Position numbers and translations under genes: made by a program. Below, one piece after another: positions 9,727 through 17,109 of a DNA stretch of 32,000 nucleotides (positions within the stretch are counted from its first letter, which is position 1; each line of letters begins with the position of its first letter). The stretch is from Coprobacillaceae bacterium (GTDB lineage: Bacteria > Bacillota_I > Bacilli_A > Erysipelotrichales > Coprobacillaceae). The stretch is taken from the NCBI GenBank assembly GCA_963675915.1, contig OY780959.1:240001-272000 (forward strand). Reading direction: 5' to 3'. The notes below the pieces were generated by a model, which saw only the letters and a program-made list of their open reading frames with translations, was not told the DNA's origin and made no database searches.

Positions 9727-9738
9727 GAGGTGTACTTA

Positions 9739-9906
9739 ATGGCAGTACCATTTAGAAGAGTATCAAGTACAAGAAGAAACAAAAGAAGAACTCATGACAA
9801 ACTTACAGTTCCAGCTGTAGTGGTATGTCCTGAATGCGGTGAATACAAAATGTCACATAAAGTTTGTAAACACTGTGGAACATACAAAGGTCAAAAAGTC
9901 TTATAG
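9739..9906 (+). CDS. rpmF: 50S ribosomal protein L32
   Basis: 55-aa ORF below the track cutoff: [22 protein letters not shown]...CPECGE.K..H.VC..CG.YKG. GGAGG RBS at 9726-9730. Confidence 0.9.
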   Translation: MAVPFRRVSSTRRNKRRTHDKLTVPAVVVCPECGEYKMSHKVCKHCGTYKGQKVL

Positions 9907-9910
9907 TATC

Positions 9911-9935
9911 AGTCTCCTCAGGGGGACTTTTTCTT
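9911..9935 (+). terminator. intrinsic terminator after rpmF
   Basis: AGTCTCC tca GGGGGACT hairpin followed by TTTTT. Confidence 0.65.
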
Positions 9936-9957
9936 TTGCCTTTTTAATCAGATTGAT

Positions 9958-9983
9958 GCCGACGGAGCAATCCGCCGGCTTTT
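9958..9983 (+). terminator. second terminator-like hairpin plus TTTT; homing site of intron copy A
   Basis: GCCGaCGGA gcaa TCCGcCGGC (9958-9979) then TTTT (9980-9983). The intron 5' GTGCG starts at 9984. Confidence 0.6.
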
Positions 9984-10304
9984 GTGCGACAGGCAGTCGC
10001 TTAGATGCCATGTATACAGGTACATGGCATTTTCCTTTTATAAATGAGTTCCTGTAATAGTTAGCTATCAATACAGTAAATATCATGGAATAGGGAAACC
10101 CCGTAGGTACAAATCCTACCCCGTGCGCACTGGTGCTATTCGGGAAATCTAGTCTAGGGCATAATCGTGAGATTGTGTTTGAAGGAGACGCAGTAGTCGA
10201 GAGACCTGTAGATGAGTTGGCAGGCCGAAACTAAAAGTGAATCACATGTTGCGGCAGTGGAGAATGTGACGACGTTGCGAAAGGTGCGGAAGTCTATTCA
10301 CGAC

Positions 10305-10310
10305 ATATTC
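10305..10310. repeat. target-site duplication, left copy (ATATTC)
   Basis: ATATTC is present once in the uninterrupted paralogous site (25609-25614) and twice here, flanking the insertion. It is 7 bp if the ambiguous T at 10311 is counted. Confidence 0.85.
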
Positions 10311-10331
10311 TGTCGCTAGCCAGTTTATATG
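10311..10331. repeat. left terminal inverted repeat
   Basis: TGTCGCTAGCCAGTTTATATG compared with the reverse complement of the right end, TGTAGCTAGTCAATTTATTTG. About 17 of 21-22 positions match by eye. Confidence 0.75.
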
Positions 10332-10519
10332 GTAAGTATTTCTAGGATTTTATGCAAATTAAATAGAGGCCATTGCCAATTAATTTGAATGTTTATTCTT
10401 CAAATTAGTTGAACCTGACCTCTTTTTTTGTTACCTTGTTGATAAATATTCCATAGAAAGAAAAAAACGAGAGACCCAACCTGCAAGTAGTTTCTCTCGT
10501 TTGCCATATAGACAAACGT

Positions 10520-11074
10520 ATGATAACTTATCACAACGATAAAATCAAGAGTAAATTACTCGAAATCGATTCCGAATCAAAGCTCCAAGCTTTTTATAAC
10601 GAAGCTGTAAATGATATTAACCGTTACGCCATCGGTTGTGTCAACTCATGCAATGGTAATCACATCATTCATGGTTATTATAACCGAAGGGTAAAACTGC
10701 CTTTTGGCTTTTTCAGGTTGCGGATAATGCGGCTAAGATGCAAGGATTGCGGTAGAACCCATGCAATTCTTCTTTCATGTTTGGTTCCATATTCAAGTAT
10801 CCCGTTGGCTGTTCAAGTTGAGATTTCCATACATAAAAATAATCAGAAACTATTAAAAGCCATTCTTGATCGAAATCCCTATATGTCTGAGTGTGAAATT
10901 TATAATGTTGTGAGCAGGTATATCAATTTTTGGCAGCAACGTTTGATGTCATTGAGAATTGAATCAAATGATATTAACCGTCTTGTTGAAAGCTGTTTTT
11001 CAAATTATTTGATGCAGTTCATGCAATGTAGAAATACCATAAATATCCTGTATACAATCAACCACATAGGATGA
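10520..11074 (+). CDS. Cys-rich (putative zinc-ribbon) protein of unknown function, first gene of the transposon
   Basis: 184-aa ORF. CVNSC...H then a basic stretch and CKDCGRTH, suggesting a 4-Cys zinc ribbon. From memory it resembles DUF6431-type proteins seen next to transposases. RBS is weak. Confidence 0.6.
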   Translation: MITYHNDKIKSKLLEIDSESKLQAFYNEAVNDINRYAIGCVNSCNGNHIIHGYYNRRVKLPFGFFRLRIMRLRCKDCGRTHAILLSCLVPYSSIPLAVQVEISIHKNNQKLLKAILDRNPYMSECEIYNVVSRYINFWQQRLMSLRIESNDINRLVESCFSNYLMQFMQCRNTINILYTINHIG

Positions 11075-11122
11075 GTTAAATAATCGATTCTATTAGTATA
11101 TAGTGGGTGACGGAGGTATTAT

Positions 11123-12370
11123 ATGGATAAAAAAGAACAAGAATACGTAGCGTTGATGCGCCATCGGATCATTCATGACATCATTACCGGAAATTATGAT
11201 GCTGCATGGTCTAAGAATCAGGCGATTACGGAAGCTACCAAGAAAGTCTATAAGAGTTTCGACAACCGTGATTTCACTGTCTCAAGCAGTACCATCTCCA
11301 GATGGATTGCTGCTTACGAAGAAAAAGGCTTCGATGGATTGATTCCTCAAAAGCGAAGTGATTGTGGCAAGTCAAGAAGACTGGATGATGACATCGTTGA
11401 AACAATCAAATATTATAAGACAACCTATCCTAGATTGCCGGCAACTGTAATATACGGCAAGTTGATTGAGAAAGGAATCATCAAGAAAACTGATGTTTCC
11501 CTATCAACCGTTAACCGATGTGTCAATCAGATAAAGTCGGAATTGCGGCTTTCAAACAAGAAAGACATGCGTCGCTACGAAGTGCCCCATATCAATATGA
11601 ACTGGGCTGGCGACAGTTCGGTCGGCCCTTACATAACCATTAATGGCAAGAAGAACCGGACATACATGATTGCCCTGATCGATGATGCTTCAAGGATGAT
11701 CGTCCATCTTGATTTGTATTTGAATGACAACACAGTCAATTTGATGGATACCATGAAAAGTGCGGTAACAAAATATGGAGTTCCTGAGATGTTCAGGTTT
11801 GACAACGGCTCCAATTATCGAAATCACCAGATCAAGATGATTGCAGCAAGGATTAATTCAACCATTAGCTACTGCAAACCGTACTCGCCGGAAGGAAAAT
11901 CAAAAATTGAGCGGGTGTTTCGGACGATCAAAGATCAGTTCTTCGCCCAAATAAACATAAAAGATTACACAAACAATCTAGAAGGTTTGAAGCAGGATTT
12001 AAGCCAGTTCATCAATGATTACAACAACAAGGTGCATTCGTCTTTGAATGGATTGACACCTCATCAACGTTTTTTTCAGGAAAGCAACCTTATCAAAAGG
12101 CTTGATGATGACTTTATCGACAACACTTTCCTGTTCGAAGTAGAGCGGTCTGTCAGTACTGATTCGGTAATCAAAATAGATAATCGGGAATACGAGATTG
12201 ATTATATCTATTCTGGTGAAAGGCATATGTTCCGATATACTCCGGACTTGGAAAACGTCTATATAGTCAACAAGAATACCGGCGAACTGGAACGGATTCA
12301 CCTACTTGATAAAAACGCCAATTCAAAAGTAAAACGAGTGCAGCCAAAATTATGCGGAGGAGAAGATTAA
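11123..12370 (+). CDS. DDE transposase, retroviral-integrase (rve) fold with Mu-transposase-like C-terminal domain (TniA/TnsB/MuA-like)
   Basis: 415 aa with GGAGG RBS. N-terminal HTH region (STISRWIAAYEEKGFDGLIPQKRSD.G.SR). Catalytic contexts WAGDS, FDNGSNY and KIER, with 35 residues between the second D and the E. C-terminal beta-barrel-like VIKIDNREYE...FRYTPDL. Confidence 0.85.
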   Translation: MDKKEQEYVALMRHRIIHDIITGNYDAAWSKNQAITEATKKVYKSFDNRDFTVSSSTISRWIAAYEEKGFDGLIPQKRSDCGKSRRLDDDIVETIKYYKTTYPRLPATVIYGKLIEKGIIKKTDVSLSTVNRCVNQIKSELRLSNKKDMRRYEVPHINMNWAGDSSVGPYITINGKKNRTYMIALIDDASRMIVHLDLYLNDNTVNLMDTMKSAVTKYGVPEMFRFDNGSNYRNHQIKMIAARINSTISYCKPYSPEGKSKIERVFRTIKDQFFAQINIKDYTNNLEGLKQDLSQFINDYNNKVHSSLNGLTPHQRFFQESNLIKRLDDDFIDNTFLFEVERSVSTDSVIKIDNREYEIDYIYSGERHMFRYTPDLENVYIVNKNTGELERIHLLDKNANSKVKRVQPKLCGGED

Positions 12371-13173
12371 TGGAAAAATATTGGACCAGATATGGATTGG
12401 AATTCAATCCGTTTATCAAGAACTCAAAGAATTTATTTATTGAAACAAGTGAATACCAGGAATTGAAAGTACGCCTTAACAGCCTTTTTGAAATCAAGGG
12501 TTTCGGACTAATAGTCGGTGAACCCGGCCATGGCAAAACAACCATGATCAGAAACTATATCAAAACACTCCCCAAATCAGCTTACAAGATAATTTATTTG
12601 TCAATGTCGACCCTTACAGTCAAGGAGTTCTATATGCAACTAGCTGAGTCGCTGGATCTGACTCCTCGGTATCGAAAGAATGATCTGTTCAGGGAGATCC
12701 AATCAGCCATAAACCAGTTGATTTACGAAAAAAGGATTACCCCGGTGTTTATCTTTGATGAATGTAATTACATGAATAACGCCATTCTTAATGATTTGAA
12801 GATGATCTTCAATTTTGATATGGATTCCAAGGATCATGCTGTAGTCTTGATGGTCGGATTGCCGACAATAACAAGGAACCTGAAATTAACCGCTCATGAA
12901 CCATTGCGCCAGCGAATGATTATCAATTACAAACTTGAGCCATTGAACAAGAGTGAAAGTCTTGCTTATATCAAAGACAAGCTCCAAGGCGGAAAAACAA
13001 TTCAAGAAGTGTTCAATGATAATGCAATTGAGGCAATCATCAATGCATCCAACGGCACCTGTCGGGTTATTGATCGGATATGTGACCGGGCAATGTTTAT
13101 CGGAGCAATCAGAAAAATCGAAGTAATTGATTCCGATTTAATCCTAGAAACAATCGAAGAGGTAGTAATTTGA
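12370..13173 (+). CDS. AAA+ ATPase, TniB/ExeA (AAA_22)-like transposition partner
   Basis: Likely start is ATG 12370, overlapping the transposase TAA by 1 nt (TAATG), with GGAGGAG RBS. The N-terminal YGL.FNPF motif resembles ExeA-like ATPases. Walker A GEPGHGKTT, Walker B VFIFDECN. The track ORF from 12352 is probably over-extended. Confidence 0.85.
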   Translation: MEKYWTRYGLEFNPFIKNSKNLFIETSEYQELKVRLNSLFEIKGFGLIVGEPGHGKTTMIRNYIKTLPKSAYKIIYLSMSTLTVKEFYMQLAESLDLTPRYRKNDLFREIQSAINQLIYEKRITPVFIFDECNYMNNAILNDLKMIFNFDMDSKDHAVVLMVGLPTITRNLKLTAHEPLRQRMIINYKLEPLNKSESLAYIKDKLQGGKTIQEVFNDNAIEAIINASNGTCRVIDRICDRAMFIGAIRKIEVIDSDLILETIEEVVI

Positions 13174-13478
13174 TAATCGAATACTTCTGCAACTATGATG
13201 AAAAAACATGGGCCAACGAGATAGTAATAGTCTCACAAAACCCAGATAAGTGTGAATTCCAGCTAAGATATGACGGAAATGAAATCGAAGTGATAGTAGG
13301 TAAATCAGCCAAAGGGAACTGGATTTGCATCCCGTTGATGAAGCTGGGACTGGAACTATCATATTTCAAAGACAAATTTTGGAACAAGTCAGCTCTATTG
13401 CGCGAGATAGATCCAATCAGCAGCGAAGCAATATCACAAGCAATCTACAAAATAAACGAGTCAGGGATAATCGTCTAA
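13170..13478 (+). CDS. small hypothetical protein, last gene of the transposon
   Basis: 102-aa ORF. The TTG start overlaps the ATPase TGA (TTTGA) and is preceded by GAAGAGG. No recognisable motif. Confidence 0.5.
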   Translation: MIIEYFCNYDEKTWANEIVIVSQNPDKCEFQLRYDGNEIEVIVGKSAKGNWICIPLMKLGLELSYFKDKFWNKSALLREIDPISSEAISQAIYKINESGIIV

Positions 13479-13604
13479 AAAGGCGATTATTTTCTTTTTC
13501 CTCTAAAACATCATTTCAAATAAACTGAATATTCCATTCGATTAATTTGAAGAGCATCAAAAAAGGGCCAAAAGAAGGTCCATATAATTTGAAGAATCAT
13601 CCAT

Positions 13605-13625
13605 CAAATAAATTGACTAGCTACA
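13605..13625. repeat. right terminal inverted repeat
   Basis: CAAATAAATTGACTAGCTACA is the reverse complement partner of 10311-10331. Confidence 0.75.
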
Positions 13626-13631
13626 ATATTC
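13626..13631. repeat. target-site duplication, right copy (ATATTC)
   Basis: Same hexamer as 10305-10310. Intron sequence resumes exactly here. Confidence 0.85.
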
Positions 13632-13948
13632 TAAGAACCAGTCGAATATGCCGGCACTCCATTGTGAAGGTGATTGGCATGTCAACAAGGGCGTAGTTGA
13701 TGACCCTGTGAGACCTCTTCATCCACCGAAAGGATAATCATCTATAAGAGTCATTCGAAGTGATGGTTATATGAAGAGGAGTCAGACAATCTCATAGTAG
13801 TGAAGTAGTCATGCGACCAAACGTTTGGCGAAGCAAAGGGGATTGACCTTTTACAATTCTTACTTTGTTTAATCGTAATGGTAAGAATGACGGTACTTAG
13901 GTACAAACGAATTCAAAGAACGATAAATAGAAAGAGAGGTTTGAAATT

Positions 13949-15373
13949 ATGAATGAACCGTTGAAATTGAAGTGGCATTCTCTGTATGGACAAATACTCC
14001 AGGACAGGAAAATACTAGAAGCATGGAAGCAGGTAAAAGCAAATCATGGAAGTGGCGGAATCGATGGGGTAACCATTGAACGCTTCATGGAAAATGAACA
14101 AGACAATCTGGACAAGCTACTGGAAGAACTGAGATTAAAGGAATATAGACCAATCCCTGTAAGGCGAGTATATATCCCTAAGAAAAACGGAAAGAGAAGA
14201 CCATTGGGAATACCAATAGTCAAAGATCGGATAGTTCAGCAGGTGCTAACCAATATCCTAACCCCAAAATATGAGGCCGGTATATTCCATCACTGGTCAG
14301 TTGGCTACCGCCCGAATCGTGGTGTCGACAGTGCCATGCAGATTATCATCAAGAACATCGAGGAAGGAAGAAACTGGATATACGATTGTGATATCAAAGG
14401 GTTCTTCGATAACATTCCCCATAAAAAGTTGATGAAGGTATTGAATAAATGCATCGCTGATGGGACTGTTCTTGATTTGATTTGGTCATGGCTCAAAGCG
14501 GGATACATGGAAGACGGCAAACATATGCAAAGCAAAAGTGGAACACCGCAAGGTGGCGTTATTTCACCGCTACTTGCAAACATCTACCTGAACGAACTGG
14601 ATTGGAAGTTGCACGAGGCAAAGATTCACTTCGTGCGTTATGCCGATGATTTTCTCTTGTTTGCGAAAACAGAAGAAGAAATTGAGAGGGCAGGAAAGAT
14701 AGCCAGAGAGGTGATTCAATCATTGGGATTGGAAATGGCTATGGACAAAACCAAAGTGGTGGACTTTAAAAATGATGATTTTACATTTCTTGGATTTGAC
14801 TTCAAACACTGGAGGAAAAACAAGAAAGGTGAAGACTACTATTTCATAGTTCCCACCGCCAAGTCGCTCAAAGACTTCAAAAAGAAAATCAAGGATAAGA
14901 CGCAAAGAAAGTGGACATTTTCTCAGGATAAATGGGTAAGCATGCTTAACCCGATTATAGTCGGAAAAGTCAATTATTACCTGAATGTCTACAAAGCACT
15001 GGAAATATTCAAGAAGCACAATTACAAAACCCGGTGTAATATCAAGATAATGGGATGGAAGCTCAATAAAATTGATCAGTATATCCGGCATAGATTGCGG
15101 ATGTGCATGTTGCATAAACACCCGACAATCAGGAGGGCATCTGGAATGAATGTGAAATGGAATCTCAAATTCTTCGCACTGATAGGTTTGAAACCGGCAA
15201 ATTGGTATTATTTCAATGTTATGTATGACTATCCGATTGAAATTTATGTCCAAAATCAACAGAGCAAAAATAGAACTCGCGCAAAGAAAAATGCCGAAAG
15301 CGACAGAAAATTGGGAACTAAAAGATACACAAAACAAAAATTCACAAAAATAGCCTACTCTTTTAGCAAGTAG
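13949..15373 (+). CDS. group II intron reverse transcriptase/maturase (RT plus X domain, no En domain)
   Basis: 474 aa. RPLGIPIVKDRIVQQ, GYRPNR, TPQGGVISPLLANIYL, RYADDF, and a maturase region with VNYY. Confidence 0.9.
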   Translation: MNEPLKLKWHSLYGQILQDRKILEAWKQVKANHGSGGIDGVTIERFMENEQDNLDKLLEELRLKEYRPIPVRRVYIPKKNGKRRPLGIPIVKDRIVQQVLTNILTPKYEAGIFHHWSVGYRPNRGVDSAMQIIIKNIEEGRNWIYDCDIKGFFDNIPHKKLMKVLNKCIADGTVLDLIWSWLKAGYMEDGKHMQSKSGTPQGGVISPLLANIYLNELDWKLHEAKIHFVRYADDFLLFAKTEEEIERAGKIAREVIQSLGLEMAMDKTKVVDFKNDDFTFLGFDFKHWRKNKKGEDYYFIVPTAKSLKDFKKKIKDKTQRKWTFSQDKWVSMLNPIIVGKVNYYLNVYKALEIFKKHNYKTRCNIKIMGWKLNKIDQYIRHRLRMCMLHKHPTIRRASGMNVKWNLKFFALIGLKPANWYYFNVMYDYPIEIYVQNQQSKNRTRAKKNAESDRKLGTKRYTKQKFTKIAYSFSK

Positions 15374-15411
15374 ACTATAATCATTCATAAAATCAGATTT
15401 AGTAAATTGGT

Positions 15412-15444
15412 AAGCCGTATGCGTTAATAGCGCATGTGCGGTTT
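15412..15444 (+). ncRNA. group II intron domain V (copy A)
   Basis: AAGCCGTATGCG...CGCATGTGCGGTTT. AGC triad, 2-nt bulge on the 3' arm, followed by a domain VI hairpin. Confidence 0.8.
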
Positions 15445-15673
15445 GATAAGGGGCTAGCTTAGAAATAAGTTAGCCTACTTTATTTGAGCGCTCCAAGACC
15501 AATCCCGATATTTGCCGGGTTTTGGAGCCTTGGTGGTGAAAACCATCCACTTCGTCCCACCAAAAAAAGCCCTGTTAATGGTGATAATTGGAGTTTTGGA
15601 CTCTAAAAAAGCAAAGATAGGGGACAGATAAGGTGAAAAAACCGTTTTTTTACACTAAGGTACCGGTATTTGC

Positions 15674-15703
15674 TTGAATTGGTGGATTGATTGGGTATAT
15701 AAT
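15674..15703 (+). promoter_or_regulatory. candidate mraZ/dcw promoter
   Basis: TTGAAT 15674-15679, 18-nt spacer, TATAAT 15698-15703. Confidence 0.5.
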
Positions 15704-15738
15704 AGTGGTATGAAGTGGAAAGAGGTGGGGAGAAGTGT
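15704..15738 (+). promoter_or_regulatory. putative MraZ operator: phased (A/G)GTGG direct repeats
   Basis: AGTGG at 15704, AGTGG at 15714, GGTGG at 15724 and AGTGT at 15734 (the last includes the GTG start). Exact 10-bp phasing, immediately downstream of the -10 box. Confidence 0.55.
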
Positions 15739-16166
15739 TTTTTGGTGAATATCGACATAACCTTGATGCCAAAGGGCGTCTTACCATCCCGTCAAAGTAC
15801 CGCGGTCAGTGCGGCGAAAGTGTCATGGTCACAATCGGTTTTGACGGCTGCATTTCCCTTTACAATCATGACGGATGGGAAGAATACTACCATGAACTCA
15901 TTTCCGCCAACAAGAATGCCCGCGATGCCCGCAAATTGCTGCGAATCATCATGGCGCGCACCAGCGAACTGGAGTTCGACAAACTGGGAAGAATCAATAT
16001 CCCCAAACAGCTTAAGGACAAGGCCGCTTTGGAAAAAGAAGTGGTGATCATCGGAGCCGGTGACCATGTGGAAATATGGGCACAGGAAATCTGGGATGAT
16101 TTTGCTGTTGATGCCGAAGAGCAACTGGATGATATTTTTGAAAAAATGTTTATGAACAAGGAGTAA
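15735..16166 (+). CDS. mraZ: transcriptional regulator MraZ
   Basis: 143 aa with GTG start and GGGGAG RBS. Two SpoVT/AbrB-like repeats with the DAKGRLTIP and DKLGRINIP motifs. Confidence 0.95.
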   Translation: MFFGEYRHNLDAKGRLTIPSKYRGQCGESVMVTIGFDGCISLYNHDGWEEYYHELISANKNARDARKLLRIIMARTSELEFDKLGRINIPKQLKDKAALEKEVVIIGAGDHVEIWAQEIWDDFAVDAEEQLDDIFEKMFMNKE

Positions 16167-16169
16167 ATT

Positions 16170-17108
16170 ATGTTTGAACACATCAGTGTCTTGAAAGAAG
16201 AAGCAATTGAAGGATTAAATATTAGGCCTGATGGAATCTATGTGGATTGCACGTTGGGCGGAGCCGGCCATTCATCGGAAATATTGAAACGCCTGACTAC
16301 CGGTCACCTTTACTGCTTCGATCAGGATGATCAGGCAATTGAATACGCAAGAGGCAAGTTGGAGCAAATCGGAACCAATTTCACGATTATCAGATCCAAC
16401 TTCAGATATATCAAAGAAAAACTGGCTGAACAGGGAGTCGAAAAAGTCGACGGGGTCCTGTTCGATTTGGGAGTGTCTTCACCTCAGTTCGATCAGTCCG
16501 GCCGCGGTTTTTCATACAACTATGATGCCAGACTGGATATGAGAATGGATACCACGGCGAAAAAAGACGCATATTACGTGGTCAACAATTATCCATACGA
16601 GGAACTGGTTAAGATCCTCTATAAATATTCGGATGAGAAATTTGCCAAACAGATTGCCCGCCGAATTGAAAAGCATCGCGAAATCAAACCGATTGAAACA
16701 ACTTTCGAGTTGGTGGATATCGTTAAAGAGGCGATTCCGGCCCGGGCAAGAAGAACCGGTGGTCATCCGGCCAAGCGGACATTCCAGGCTTTAAGAATCG
16801 AAGTCAACGATGAGTTGGCCGTGTTTGAAATCGCCCTGAAGGACGCCTTAGAAATGACAAATCTTGAAGGACGGGTGGCGGTAATCACCTTCCATTCCCT
16901 TGAAGACAAAATCTGCAAGTACACCTTCAATGACATTACCAGAGTCAAGGATGTGCCCAAAAATATTCCGGTCATACCGGACCATCTTCAGCCGAAATTC
17001 AAATTGGTCAACCGCAAGGTGATCATCGCGAGTGAAGAGGAACTTGAACTGAACAAACGCGCTCATAGCGCCAAATTAAGAATAGTAGAAAGGGTAAGGG
17101 AAGATTAA
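16170..17108 (+). CDS. rsmH: 16S rRNA (cytosine1402-N4)-methyltransferase
   Basis: 312 aa. [24 protein letters not shown]...RGFS, and ITFHSLEDK. Confidence 0.95.
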   Translation: MFEHISVLKEEAIEGLNIRPDGIYVDCTLGGAGHSSEILKRLTTGHLYCFDQDDQAIEYARGKLEQIGTNFTIIRSNFRYIKEKLAEQGVEKVDGVLFDLGVSSPQFDQSGRGFSYNYDARLDMRMDTTAKKDAYYVVNNYPYEELVKILYKYSDEKFAKQIARRIEKHREIKPIETTFELVDIVKEAIPARARRTGGHPAKRTFQALRIEVNDELAVFEIALKDALEMTNLEGRVAVITFHSLEDKICKYTFNDITRVKDVPKNIPVIPDHLQPKFKLVNRKVIIASEEELELNKRAHSAKLRIVERVRED

Positions 17109-17109
17109 G

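Larger units (their letters stand above)
10311..13625 (+). mobile_element. 3315-bp transposon of the Mu/Tn7/Tn5053/Tn552 superfamily type (DDE transposase plus AAA+ partner), with two uncharacterised ORFs
   Basis: Precise insertion relative to intron copy C. Ends TGT...ACA, ~21-bp imperfect terminal IRs, 6-bp TSD, subterminal TAATTTGAAG repeats, and four co-oriented, tightly packed ORFs. Confidence 0.85.
9984..15483 (+). mobile_element. group II intron copy A (family 1), interrupted in its 5' ribozyme part by a transposon
   Basis: 5' GTGCGAC. Near-identical to copy C over 9984-10310 and 13632-15483. Contains an RT/maturase ORF, domain V at 15412-15444, and a domain VI hairpin with unpaired A at 15477, ending ...CTTTAT at 15483. 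Length minus the insertion and duplication is 2179 bp, the same as copy C. Confidence 0.85.

Noticed and set aside
10465-10502. Hairpin ACGAGAGA...TCTCTCGT just upstream of the 184-aa ORF; on the minus strand it is followed by a T-run, like an outward-facing terminator
   Set aside because: The 18-nt loop is long for an intrinsic terminator and there is no minus-strand gene to terminate. It may insulate the element from antisense transcription or be a protein-binding site, but the evidence is too thin to call.
14720-15388. 222-aa ORF antisense to the RT of intron copy A
   Set aside because: The equivalent frame in the sister copy C is broken (only 108 aa, 27045-27371). There is no RBS, and the composition is typical of an antisense shadow ORF in an AT-rich coding region.
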